Positions 18,344-27,260 of a stretch of DNA of 64,000 nt are shown piece by piece. The number at the start of each line of letters is the position of its first letter. The first letter of the stretch is position 1. Under the pieces are notes generated by a model. That model had not been told where the DNA came from. It saw only the letters and a list, made by a program, of their open reading frames with translations, and made no database searches. Source of the DNA: an uncultured virus (IMG/VR IMGVR_UViG_2775507275_000005) (taxonomy: Duplodnaviria; Heunggongvirae; Uroviricota; Caudoviricetes). The stretch lies in the IMG/VR virus record IMGVR_UViG_2775507275_000005. One strand, 5' to 3'. The position numbers and the translations under genes are program-made.

Positions 18344-19425
18344 TTTTGGTCGAACAGCAAAGCTGTCGCCCGATCAAAGCGGGTATGGACTTTTTCAATT
18401 GCATTTGTACCCTGCGAGATCGAATTCAGAAAATCCTTGTCAGCGCGGAGCTTCGCGTAGCCCACATCAAGGGGCGAATCGGTGGTCCTTTGAACATCGC
18501 TCAAGCAGCTGCAGAAAGTGGCTTCAAGCATCGCGGAATTGATCGGACCGCCTCGCTGGAACGGCGCGCCCGGGAGCTTTGTCGCAAGCTGCTTCGCCAC
18601 TTCCGGGAAGTTCTTCGTGAACGCGGCCACGGCCTCGGACTTCGCGTCTCGGTTCCGGTACATGCATGAACTAAGAAAGTCCTTCATCTTGCCGTCATAC
18701 TGATCTCTGAAATACGTCAGTGCAAAGACTCTTAGTAGCAGCTCAACGTCACGCATGTGCTTGTCCGGCAGATCTTTCCCCAGCAGCCTCCTCCAGTCTT
18801 CGATCTCGTTGAATTGCTTCAGCAAGTCGTTGAAAGCACCGCGGTACACTGCGTTGCGGATCTCCTGCGATTTCAGCGGCGTACCGCCAGTGTTCAGGCG
18901 CTCAAAGATCTGATACACGCTGCTATTGTCAGCTTCTGGCTTGAGTTGCCGGATGTTAATGGCTCGTAGAGGTGCGCTCTTGAGTTTACGTTGGGTCGTT
19001 GCGTCCAACTCGGAGAAGGTTCTTTTGTCGTACGGACTTTTGTCGGAGAGCCCCGTCAGCCTGAACACCTTTCGAGTTCCGCGAGACTCGTTTCCAAAGA
19101 AGCCCTCAAAGAAATAGGCAATCGACGTGATGCGCTGCTGCCCATCGATCACGATTAACTTGTGGTCGTCGTCGACGTACAGAAACACTTGCGGTATGGG
19201 TAGCCCAACAAGAAACGACTCGATCAGCTTCGACGCCTGCTCTATGTTCCAGACGTAACCGCGCTGGAAATCGGGAACGACGAGTTCGCCGGCCTTCCAC
19301 TGATCATAGAGGACCGAAAGCGTGAAATCCGTCGGATAGGAGGTCAGACTGTATTCGTGATACCTCTCGTCTCCCTCGTCGGTTTCATCTTCAAGCTCAA
19401 GCTCGTTAGCCTTGTCGTTCGCCAT
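18340..19425 (-). CDS. DUF262 (ParB/Srx-like, GmrS-type) protein
   Basis: PDFQRGYVW, LIESFLVGLPIPQVF, VIDGQQR, IFERLNTGGTPL; no HNH C-terminal domain. Confidence 0.9.
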   Translation of the reverse strand: MANDKANELELEDETDEGDERYHEYSLTSYPTDFTLSVLYDQWKAGELVVPDFQRGYVWNIEQASKLIESFLVGLPIPQVFLYVDDDHKLIVIDGQQRITSIAYFFEGFFGNESRGTRKVFRLTGLSDKSPYDKRTFSELDATTQRKLKSAPLRAINIRQLKPEADNSSVYQIFERLNTGGTPLKSQEIRNAVYRGAFNDLLKQFNEIEDWRRLLGKDLPDKHMRDVELLLRVFALTYFRDQYDGKMKDFLSSCMYRNRDAKSEAVAAFTKNFPEVAKQLATKLPGAPFQRGGPINSAMLEATFCSCLSDVQRTTDSPLDVGYAKLRADKDFLNSISQGTNAIEKVHTRFDRATALLFDQK

Positions 19426-19692
19426 GACGTCCTCTATTGTCGCTACGCGATGGACGCGCAGCTGCCGCTGTTTTGAGCAGTTTATCATGTGGTGATCGAG
19501 CATCAGCGAGCGAATCAGGGAGCGATGATTTCGGACATCGAGCGGCCGTTTTGGAGATGGGCGTCTGACTGTTCCGGGTCGGTAACGGTCGAAACATGAT
19601 TCACTACTCTTGAATTGACGCTGACCGCGGCGCCCCCCCCTGCGCGACACTGGCACTGTAACGCAACATCGGCGGCCCACCGATAACGCCCA

Positions 19693-20352
19693 TCACGCGA
19701 ATTCCGCTACACCGCATATCAGCCCTGTATCTTCAAAATACACCGTAAGCCTACCCACCGCTAGCGCCTCCACTTCTCGCAAGCGCTGCTCGATCTTTTC
19801 ATACGCGCGCTTGTACGTCATATGGCTCGCGCCGAAGCTGCGTTCGAGATCACGAAAGCTGATCGTCGCCCGCGCGTGATTCGCATACAGCCGGGCGAGC
19901 AGACAGTCGAGCGCAAGAATCGAAATGCCCGGAAACGACGGCTCCAGCCAACGCGACAGGCTCTGGATCGCTTCAGCGCGCTCGGCGAGGAAGTAGAAGC
20001 GCTTCACGCCTTCGTCGTCTCGCGTGTCCCCCATTTGCCCAAAACGCGCGATCACCGCCCATCGCTCGACGTCCATAAGCTTCGTCCGAACCGCGCTCAC
20101 CACGGCAGCACACTGCGCCCGCACTTCCGCCGCGTCGAGCCCGCTGAAGTTCACTGTAGAGTCAGCGGCCGATCCGGTCAATTGCCCGAGCCATTTGCAC
20201 TGTTCCTCGGACAGCTCGGGCTCGAGCTCCATTGCCCGAATAAGCGCCGTTCGAAGCACGTTCTTCGCGCGTGGCTCGCTCGCCAGAATCATGAACGACA
20301 CGTGCAGCGCTTGGCGAGTGCTGTCGAAAATGAAATCCATCTGTTGTCTCAT
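19693..20352 (-). CDS. Putative late-gene regulator (Q-position DNA-binding protein)
   Basis: Last early gene before the pR'-like promoter; C-terminal HTH-like SFRDLERSFGASHMTYKR. Confidence 0.5.
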   Translation of the reverse strand: MRQQMDFIFDSTRQALHVSFMILASEPRAKNVLRTALIRAMELEPELSEEQCKWLGQLTGSAADSTVNFSGLDAAEVRAQCAAVVSAVRTKLMDVERWAVIARFGQMGDTRDDEGVKRFYFLAERAEAIQSLSRWLEPSFPGISILALDCLLARLYANHARATISFRDLERSFGASHMTYKRAYEKIEQRLREVEALAVGRLTVYFEDTGLICGVAEFA

Positions 20353-20653
20353 GGAAGAACGCGGAACGGGGTGCCCCAGTACACCAGCCAGTTGATCAGC
20401 ACGGTCCGTATCTCCTCGCTTCGAGGAAACCGCATTTCGATTTGGCCGTCGTCGAGCTCGACACCCTCAAGCGGACAGCCGGGGAATGCAATGAACCTGT
20501 TCCCGGTAAGCGCTTCACTTCTCCGTATCGCCATCTTTGCCACCGGTTCCACGATGTCGCTCATATTGAAGTAGAGATGAGCGCTCACGACATCCGCTTC
20601 AAGCAATCGCAGATCAGCCAGTTACCCGAACTCAAGCTCACCTTCTTCTTCAC
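20349..20653 (-). pseudogene. Hypothetical phage protein, frameshifted
   Basis: GTG start coupled to the upstream stop gives KKKVSLSSGNWLICD, then the frame shifts to LEADVVSAHL..; span is 305 nt. Confidence 0.5.
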
Positions 20654-21249
20654 TCGACCTCCTGAATCGTGATGCCGTGCTCTCGGAGCATCAGCTTTCG
20701 TTTGATGACGTAGTCCTTGTTCTTCCGTGTGATGGCCGATTTCACGTCCTCGACAACAAGCTCGCCTGCGGAATTGCGATAGGTGAAGTCGGCAACGTAT
20801 TCGACTGCTCGCTCGATCGAGCCGTCCGAGCGCCGCTGACGCGCGATCAGCTCGAACTCCACCTGAAGACGAAGTTCGCTGATGTGGCCTGCCGCCTGTT
20901 GCCGGCTCAATTCGAACCACCGTGAGCGCTCGCGCTTGCTGTCGAACTTGATGCCGTTGTGCTCGCACTTCGTGTTGCGGTACTTCGAGCGCTTCGTGCT
21001 TCGGTATTTCGAGCGCCACGTGTGTCGGCAATTCGGGCGCCTAGTCGTCTTTGCTGGCGTGTGGAGCGGCCTGTCGAAGTCGCCGGACGCGATCTCGTCG
21101 AATTCCGAATTCGGTTGATTGCCCGTGCGGCGCATCACCTCGCGCTCGGCGAAGCTGCGGCCGATCGTCCTGTCCTCGCGGACACGAGCGGTCCCGAAGC
21201 GACCGCCCTCGATCGCGCTCTCGGGATAGCGGAGTGCGTTCTTGCTCAC
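20650..21249 (-). CDS. DUF1064 family endonuclease-like protein
   Basis: SKYRNTK..GIKFDSKRE, LQVEFEL, YVADFTY, VVEDVKS. Confidence 0.85.
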   Translation of the reverse strand: MSKNALRYPESAIEGGRFGTARVREDRTIGRSFAEREVMRRTGNQPNSEFDEIASGDFDRPLHTPAKTTRRPNCRHTWRSKYRSTKRSKYRNTKCEHNGIKFDSKRERSRWFELSRQQAAGHISELRLQVEFELIARQRRSDGSIERAVEYVADFTYRNSAGELVVEDVKSAITRKNKDYVIKRKLMLREHGITIQEVE

Positions 21250-22238
21250 ACGCTCTCCTGATCGCGCGGGATGTCGTTGAAGTACCGGTAGAGCTGCTCG
21301 TAGGTTTCGTTCCCGAAGCGGTTGGCCTCGCGAAGCATTTCCTCCATCGCCTCGCCGGGACCAGCCGCCTTCACGACGCGCGCCTTGAAGCGCATGAACA
21401 CCTCGCCGTCGCGCTGCTCGATGCCGAGTTGCTTACCGCGCTCAGTAACGCCTTGGGCGCTCGTGTGCCAGTCGGCAGGAACGTCCTGCCCGCTCGTCGC
21501 CGTGCCGTCCGACTTCAGCGGGAACAGCCCCGTCCAGCCGCGCAACACCGCTTCGTCGATGCAGTCCACCGGGGCGTGCCCAAGCTCTCTCAGCTTCTCG
21601 AGGCGGCGCAGCGAAACCTTCGCCGCCGGGCGCGTCCACGGCGCAGACTTCTCCGACGCTTTCGCCTCGCGGTGCTCGCACCAGTCGAGCCATGCGTCGA
21701 CGGGCAACCAGTCGGGCAGTTCGATCGATCGCAGTTCGCCATGCAACGCAACTCGCGGCGCACGCCGCGCGGGTTGATGGTTCTCTGACGGTTCTATGGT
21801 GGTTCCTGATGATTCGGGTGCAAAAGCTTTGCACCCTTTAGTGCTGTGATTTGCACCCTTTACGTCGCCAGTTGCACCCTTTACGTCGTCGTTTGCACCC
21901 TTTCCATTGGGTGCATTTTTTGCACCCTTTGAACCCGACGAAATGGGCGCAAGTTCTGCACCGTTTATCCAGTCCGAATTAATTCGGTATTCGCGCGTGT
22001 TCCCACGCCCGCCCTTCGACTCGCTCACGAGAATTAGCCAGCCCGACTGCTGCATCCGGCGAAGCTGGTACTGCACCGCACGCGGCGATTGGCGCGTCTT
22101 CGCAGCCAGCTTGTCGACGCTCGGATAGATGTGCGTGCCGTCGTCGTGCGAATGGTCCGCGAGTGCCAGCGCGAGAATCATCTCGCCGCCACCTTCCGGA
22201 TAGCGCTCGAACACGGCGTTCATAACCTTGACGCTCAT
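21246..22238 (-). CDS. Phage replication initiator (N-terminal HTH)
   Basis: ILALALADHSHDDG..YPSVDKLA, internal KGA repeats, C-terminal GWTGLF. Confidence 0.82.
   Translation of the reverse strand: MSVKVMNAVFERYPEGGGEMILALALADHSHDDGTHIYPSVDKLAAKTRQSPRAVQYQLRRMQQSGWLILVSESKGGRGNTREYRINSDWINGAELAPISSGSKGAKNAPNGKGANDDVKGATGDVKGANHSTKGCKAFAPESSGTTIEPSENHQPARRAPRVALHGELRSIELPDWLPVDAWLDWCEHREAKASEKSAPWTRPAAKVSLRRLEKLRELGHAPVDCIDEAVLRGWTGLFPLKSDGTATSGQDVPADWHTSAQGVTERGKQLGIEQRDGEVFMRFKARVVKAAGPGEAMEEMLREANRFGNETYEQLYRYFNDIPRDQESV
21816..21930. repeat. Iterons (putative phage origin)
   Basis: TTGCACCCTTT at 21829, 21851, 21872, 21893 and 21920, plus inverted GGGTGCA copies. Confidence 0.8.
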
Positions 22239-22245
22239 AGGCTCC

Positions 22246-22395
22246 TCAGTGCCCGCACGGCAACGCGCCGTCAGCGTCAGTCTTTGCGCCACATGACAGA
22301 CACGTACGCGTGGCCGCCGCACAAGCAGACACCGCATCAGGCGTGACTTCGCCGGTGCGCGTGGGAACGGGCTCTTTGATGTCGGTCGGAGTCAA
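22246..22395 (-). CDS. Small Cys-containing hypothetical protein
   Basis: TTG start coupled to the upstream gene; CLSCGAKTDADGALPCGH. Confidence 0.5.
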   Translation of the reverse strand: MTPTDIKEPVPTRTGEVTPDAVSACAAATRTCLSCGAKTDADGALPCGH

Positions 22396-22652
22396 GACGC
22401 TCTCCCGAGAGTCAAGCGATAGGCGCTCGGGTGACCGGGCCGGCGCGTAATGCGCAGCGCACCGGCCTCCTCCAACGTGCGAAGGGTCGACGACACGGTC
22501 ACGCGCGTCACGCCCGCGAATTCCGCAATGGCGTCGATCGACGGATCGCAATTCCCCTGCTCGTCGGCCAACCGCGCCAGAAAGATCAGGATCACCTTGG
22601 CCGTCGGCGGGAACTGCTCGCGCATAGCGCGGTTGAGGTGCTCGAAACTCAT
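22392..22652 (-). CDS. HTH-domain protein
   Basis: PTAKVILIFLARLADEQGNCDPSIDAIAEFAGVTRVTV. Confidence 0.75.
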   Translation of the reverse strand: MSFEHLNRAMREQFPPTAKVILIFLARLADEQGNCDPSIDAIAEFAGVTRVTVSSTLRTLEEAGALRITRRPGHPSAYRLTLGRAS

Positions 22653-22990
22653 TCGGCGGCCTCCTGTGCGCTTTCCGCGTCGTCAATACCGAGCACCCAT
22701 CGCAGCGCCGCCAAGCGCTCGCCCGTCGCCTCCGCAAGCGCCGCCTCGATCTGCTTACGCGGACGTACGCGTGCCGCCATACCGCCGAGCACGGCCTTCT
22801 GCGCACGCGAGCGCGCGTGCCCTTCCTTGCCGTCAGCGGCATCGATCAACGCCTGAACCTTCGCGCGTTGCTCGTCCGGCGACAGCTTCGCAAGCTTCAG
22901 CGCGTGCGACACAGTGATCTGTTCCGCCTCAACAGCGTCACGCACCGCCATGCAGCAGTCGAGCAGCTTCAATGCGGAGCGCACGGTAGG
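22649..22990 (-). pseudogene. C-terminal remnant of a ParB-like phage protein
   Basis: TVRSALKLLDC..VRDAVEAEQITVSHALKLAKLSPDEQ with no start; fused to the end of the methylase. Confidence 0.7.
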
Positions 22991-24090
22991 CGATCGCGCT
23001 GCAGCGGCTCGTAGTCGGGGTTGAGTTCGAAGCCGATGAAACGGCGGCCGAGACGCTGCGCTACCTGTCCGGTCGTGCCGCTGCCGAAGAACGGATCGAA
23101 GACGACGTCGCCCGGCCGGCTGCCGGCGAGCACGCACGGCTCGACGAGTGCCTCGGGAAAAGTCGCGAAGTGTGCTCCGTCGAACGATTGCGTCGGAATC
23201 GTCCAAACGCTGCGGCGGTTTCGACTCGTAACGAGCTCCGCGACCGACGCAGAAAACGATTCGTTCTGCTTTGGCCGTTTCGTTCGCGCGCCGCGGTTGT
23301 GCTCGACAGTCGAATGTGCGCCCGGCCCCGACTGCCAACCGGCAGCCGCTACAGCTTTCGGATTGACGCCCGCAGCACGCTGCCGCTCGGCGTATGCGAC
23401 GAGCCCGCTTTTCGTGCGGTGATGCTCATCGCCTGCCGCGAATGCATCCGCGGCCTTGTGCGACCGATTGCCGGACGCACGCCCATGTGCGCCGCCAGTC
23501 ACGGGCTCCTGCATCGCGTCGAAGTCGTAGTAGTAGCGCTCGCTCTTGCTCAGCAGGAACAGATACTCGTGCGCCTTCGTGCAGCGGTCGCGCACGCTCT
23601 CCGGCATCGGGTTCGGCTTGTGCCAAATGATGTCCTGCCGGAGATACCAGCCGGCATCCTGCAATGCGAACGCAAGGCGCCACGGCTGGCCCATCAGGTC
23701 CTTGATCTTGAGACCGTCGATGCCCGCCTTCCTGTTGCTCAGGCAGATGTTCTCCTTCGCGCGAGCGCGCCCGGCGAACGTCTCGCCACGCATCGGCGTC
23801 TGTCCGCCCGATGACGCATAGGCATCGCCCATGTTCAGCCAGAGCGTTCCGTCGTCCGCGAGCATCTCGCGCGCGAGATCAAACACCTCGACGAGCGTGT
23901 CGATAAACTCGCGCAGTGTCGGCTCGCTGCCGATCTCGCGATGCTTGTCCGGATGGCCGTCGGGCAGATACGAGCGGAGGCCCCAGTACGGCGGCGACGT
24001 CACTATCGTCTGCACCTTCACGCCATCGGCGATCATCGCGCGCATGAGGTCGCGGCAGTCGCCGCGATGGGAGCGGTCGAGCCAGTTCAT
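22969..24090 (-). CDS. N6-adenine/N4-cytosine DNA methyltransferase (beta class); last few residues replaced
   Basis: VTSPPYW, IWHKPNPMPESV.DR, HFATFP, DPFFGSGTTG. Confidence 0.92.
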   Translation of the reverse strand: MNWLDRSHRGDCRDLMRAMIADGVKVQTIVTSPPYWGLRSYLPDGHPDKHREIGSEPTLREFIDTLVEVFDLAREMLADDGTLWLNMGDAYASSGGQTPMRGETFAGRARAKENICLSNRKAGIDGLKIKDLMGQPWRLAFALQDAGWYLRQDIIWHKPNPMPESVRDRCTKAHEYLFLLSKSERYYYDFDAMQEPVTGGAHGRASGNRSHKAADAFAAGDEHHRTKSGLVAYAERQRAAGVNPKAVAAAGWQSGPGAHSTVEHNRGARTKRPKQNESFSASVAELVTSRNRRSVWTIPTQSFDGAHFATFPEALVEPCVLAGSRPGDVVFDPFFGSGTTGQVAQRLGRRFIGFELNPDYEPLQRDRLPCAPH

Positions 24091-25283
24091 CCGATCACCC
24101 CTCGGCACGCTTCGATCCACGCAACCGCCGCTTCCGCGTTGATCGCGTTGCCGTAGGCGCGCAGTCGTCCCACTCGCGCGGGAGCCCCATGAGCCAACGG
24201 GAATGTGCCGGGTTCAACTGGCCGCCACTTTCCATCCCGGCAGAGGAGCCAATCAGCATCTCGCCAGAAGCCGTTAATCGGGCCGGGATCAGCGGTGGCA
24301 ATTTCAACTCCGCTTCGGCGGCCGGCTGCAACGGTTGCATGCTCGCCAGCTTGGCCATTCCGTTCAGCGCTAGATTGATCGTCCCCGTTGCACCGCTGCG
24401 TTGGTAGTCCCGCACCTTCGCATCGCCCGTGGTCGGGCTTGCCCAGCCCGCGAACTGCGCCACATGATTCAGGCTCACCGCGACCTTGCGACCGTCCGGC
24501 GTCTTGCCCGTCGCGCTCAAGCCCGCGAACGATTGAGATCCCTCCGCGTTGCCAACAGTCGGCGTCGGCCAGCCCGACAGTTGCGCAACCATTCCAAGAT
24601 CCGTCAGGCTCACGCCCATCTTCGAGCCGCGCGCGATCGCGCGTAGCTTCCGTTCTAAGAACTGCTCCGGAGCCCCGCCCGCTTGGCATGCGGTTGGAGT
24701 GGGCCAACCGGCCAGCTTCGCGATGTTCGGCAATTCGGTTTTGCCGACGCCCGCTGATCCTCGCGCGTCGCTCGCGAGCGGCGTAGGCCATCCAATACGC
24801 CCGGTCTCGGATATGCGGGGAGCCGACGCCCGCAGACGGAAACGGGACACACCCATAGGCGTAGTCCAACGCTTCCACGTCAGCTTGAACAAGGTCGATC
24901 CAAGGGTCGACAGCCGAGCTCGCAACCTGCTCTCCAAAGACGATTGCAGGGCGGCGCTCGCCGATAAGCCAGTACCACGCAGGCCAGAGATGCCGCTCGT
25001 CATCAAACCCAAGTCCTTTGCCTGCCGCGCTGAAAGGTTGGCACGGACAGGAACCGGTCCAAACAGGTCGATCGTCGGGCCAGCCGGCGCGACGAAGCGC
25101 GTAGGACCAGACGCCGACGCCTGCGAAGAAATGGCACTGGGTGTATCCGCGCAGGTCGTCAGGATGGACGTCGCGGATGTCGCGCTCGTCGACGTCACCA
25201 GCTGCAATGTGACCGGCGGCGATGAGGTTTCGCAGCCACGCGGCGGTGACTGGATCGTGTTCGTTGTAGTAGGCGGCACTCAA
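24087..25283 (-). CDS. C5 cytosine DNA methyltransferase, main (alpha) chain
   Basis: FFAGVG (motif I), GSCPCQPFS (IV), GEQV (VI), PHIRDR (VIII), LRAYGNAI (X); no motif IX in this frame. Confidence 0.88.
   Translation of the reverse strand: MSAAYYNEHDPVTAAWLRNLIAAGHIAAGDVDERDIRDVHPDDLRGYTQCHFFAGVGVWSYALRRAGWPDDRPVWTGSCPCQPFSAAGKGLGFDDERHLWPAWYWLIGERRPAIVFGEQVASSAVDPWIDLVQADVEALDYAYGCVPFPSAGVGSPHIRDRAYWMAYAARERRARISGRRQNRIAEHREAGRLAHSNRMPSGRGSGAVLRTEATRDRARLEDGREPDGSWNGCATVGLADADCWQRGGISIVRGLERDGQDAGRSQGRGEPESCGAVRGLGKPDHGRCEGAGLPTQRCNGDDQSSAERNGQAGEHATVAAGRRSGVEIATADPGPINGFWRDADWLLCRDGKWRPVEPGTFPLAHGAPARVGRLRAYGNAINAEAAVAWIEACRGVIG
24095..25279 (-). CDS. Overlapping-frame partner (beta) chain of the C5 methyltransferase; true start uncertain
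   Basis: 394-codon open frame inside alpha with four GWPTP/GWASP repeats and the motif IX-like [19 protein letters not shown]. Confidence 0.72.
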   Translation of the reverse strand: MPPTTTNTIQSPPRGCETSSPPVTLQLVTSTSATSATSILTTCADTPSAISSQASASGPTRFVAPAGPTIDLFGPVPVRANLSARQAKDLGLMTSGISGLRGTGLSASAALQSSLESRLRARLSTLGSTLFKLTWKRWTTPMGVSRFRLRASAPRISETGRIGWPTPLASDARGSAGVGKTELPNIAKLAGWPTPTACQAGGAPEQFLERKLRAIARGSKMGVSLTDLGMVAQLSGWPTPTVGNAEGSQSFAGLSATGKTPDGRKVAVSLNHVAQFAGWASPTTGDAKVRDYQRSGATGTINLALNGMAKLASMQPLQPAAEAELKLPPLIPARLTASGEMLIGSSAGMESGGQLNPAHSRWLMGLPREWDDCAPTATRSTRKRRLRGSKRAEG

Positions 25284-25293
25284 ACGCTCCCCG

Positions 25294-25582
25294 CTACTCA
25301 GCCATGCCGCGCAGCCGCGCCGCGAGATTGAACAGCACCTGTGCGTGCTGGAAGATGCGCGCTTCGACCCGCACGACTTCGGAGTGCTCGACGCGCCCGT
25401 CTTCGAGCGTCTTGACGATCTCTCGGCCGACTAGGCCGTGCGTCGACCACGCCTTGCCCATCAGTTCGACGATGGCCGCGTCGCAGCACTCAACGGCGCT
25501 CGGCAACTTCACGAGCGCGTAACCACGCGCCGCTGCCCACGCTTCGAGCATCCGATCGTCGTTGGTCACGTCCGTCGCGCGA
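25294..25582 (-). pseudogene. C-terminal remnant of a CII/YmfL-like phage regulator
   Basis: TDVTNDDRMLEAWAAARGY..LEDGRVEHSE; N-terminus missing. Confidence 0.65.
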
Positions 25583-25611
25583 TCCGCAAACCGTCCTGAA
25601 TCGAGGTTCGA

Positions 25612-25651
25612 CCATGAACGACCAACAACAGAGCCGCGCTGATGCGCTGAC
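25612..25651 (+). repeat. 40-bp direct repeat, copy 1 (gene start)
   Basis: CCATGAACGACCAACAACAGAGCCGCGCTGATGCGCTGAC, identical at 27221-27260. Confidence 0.95.
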
Positions 25652-26795
25652 GGACGACCGCCGCGACGCGATCGATTACGCGATCCAGGTGCTTCGGCAA
25701 GTCGAGACAGGCGACGGTACGTTCGTCGGCCAGTGCGCAGACGCAATTTCCGGGCTCGCGGGCATCCTCGCCGCATTCCCTGGTGAGCACCCCGCAGCAG
25801 CGCCGATCGTCTCCGCGCCGGCCGACAAACGGGCGGCGTTCGAGGCATGGTGGACCCGAGACGTTCCGATCGAATACCGATCGATGCTCCCACTGCTTCT
25901 CCAGCGCAACGCCAAAGGCGAATACGACAATCCGCGCTGCGAAGGTGCGTGGGAGATTTGGCAAGCCAGCGCGGCAGCATCGCCCGCCGCGGCGATTCCG
26001 CAGCCCGTGCTCGACGCGCTTCGTTTTTACGCGAACGGCCATCACTTCAACATCGACCGCGACCACCAAGACTTCGACACGGTGAGCGACGAGGCGGTGA
26101 ACTGGCTATTCAGCGAGCGCGACGACGATTGCACCATGATCGAGGACGGCAGCATCGCGAAGGCCGCACTTTGTGGCGGTGTGCTCGGCTTCGAAGAACC
26201 GGAGGCACCGCTCGAAGGCGAAGTGTTCACCGCCGCCCTGCAACCCGCGCAGGCAGGCGCACAGGCAGAGACGCGCGAACCCGCTCGCCACGAATGGGAT
26301 GCGACGGGCGAGCGTTGCGTGAAGTGCGGCGATAAGGACTGGTTCGCGGACCCTCATTGCAGCGAATCGCGTATCAAGGGAAGCGCCCCCGCCGATGCGG
26401 TAGAGGCGGTAGGCATCGTGCACCGCCCCGCGCGCAACGGAGCCGATTTCAGCGTCGAATGGCTGCGCTCGCCGCCCGGTGGGGCGAAGCTCTACACCGC
26501 CCCGCCCGCTGCGAGAGTGGCGAGCCTGACGGATGAGCACCAAAGCGTTATCCGTGCGTTGATCGATTTGCTGGCAGCCGTGGAGACTGCATTTGATGAT
26601 AGCGAAGAGCGCGGCGGCACGAAGGAACGGCACCATGTGATCGACGCCTATAGTTTCGACGCGGTGTGTGGTGAGCTCGACAAGCTGGATGAGCTGCCAA
26701 ATGACAAGCCGGGTGAGGAGCTCGATGCAGCCGGCAAAGCAAAATGGGCGCTGCGTGCCATTCTCAATGGAGGCGACCATGCCGATCAAGCCTGA
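25614..26795 (+). CDS. Mosaic hypothetical phage protein (MNDQQQSRADALT type)
   Basis: GAGG RBS; short domains joined by Ala/Pro linkers. Confidence 0.75.
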   Translation: MNDQQQSRADALTDDRRDAIDYAIQVLRQVETGDGTFVGQCADAISGLAGILAAFPGEHPAAAPIVSAPADKRAAFEAWWTRDVPIEYRSMLPLLLQRNAKGEYDNPRCEGAWEIWQASAAASPAAAIPQPVLDALRFYANGHHFNIDRDHQDFDTVSDEAVNWLFSERDDDCTMIEDGSIAKAALCGGVLGFEEPEAPLEGEVFTAALQPAQAGAQAETREPARHEWDATGERCVKCGDKDWFADPHCSESRIKGSAPADAVEAVGIVHRPARNGADFSVEWLRSPPGGAKLYTAPPAARVASLTDEHQSVIRALIDLLAAVETAFDDSEERGGTKERHHVIDAYSFDAVCGELDKLDELPNDKPGEELDAAGKAKWALRAILNGGDHADQA

Positions 26796-27204
26796 GAACC
26801 GCGGCCGCTATCCGACGAACTGGCCAGAGATTCGCGCGCGCATCTTGGCGCGGGCCGGCAACCGTTGCGAGCAATGCTTTGTCGCGAACGGCGACACCAT
26901 CGTCCGCGGCATCGAAAAGGACGCCGGCACGTTCCAGCGTTTCGAAGGTGACGGCGAGGTGTACGCGGCCGACGATGGCCGTGTGCTCGGCTACTGCAAG
27001 GCATCGGAGTACTGCGGCTGCAAGTGGACGAAGGTCGTGCTTACGATCGCACACCTCGACCACGTGCCCGAGAACTGCGATGACGACAATCTGCGCGCTT
27101 GGTGCCAACGCTGCCACCTTGCCTACGACGCCGAGCACCACCGCGCGAACGCTGCTGCAACCCGGCATGCGCGTAAAGCGATCGGCGACCTGTTCGACGC
27201 CTGA
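26779..27204 (+). CDS. HNH-like zinc-binding protein
   Basis: RCEQC...LTIAHLDH.PENC...NLRAWCQRCH. Confidence 0.8.
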   Translation: MPIKPENRGRYPTNWPEIRARILARAGNRCEQCFVANGDTIVRGIEKDAGTFQRFEGDGEVYAADDGRVLGYCKASEYCGCKWTKVVLTIAHLDHVPENCDDDNLRAWCQRCHLAYDAEHHRANAAATRHARKAIGDLFDA

Positions 27205-27220
27205 CCCACATAGGACACCC

Positions 27221-27260
27221 CCATGAACGACCAACAACAGAGCCGCGCTGATGCGCTGAC
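27221..27260 (+). repeat. 40-bp direct repeat, copy 2
   Basis: Identical to 25612-25651. Confidence 0.95.

Noticed and set aside
21816..21930. CRISPR-like array
   Set aside because: Repeats are 11 bp with ~10-bp gaps inside a replication gene and there are no cas genes; these are iterons
22969..25283. Restriction-modification system
   Set aside because: No adjacent endonuclease; both methylases lie in the phage early operon as orphans
25612..27260. DGR template/variable repeat pair or att sites
   Set aside because: The copies are identical with no adenine-specific mismatches, sit at gene starts, and no reverse transcriptase is in the window
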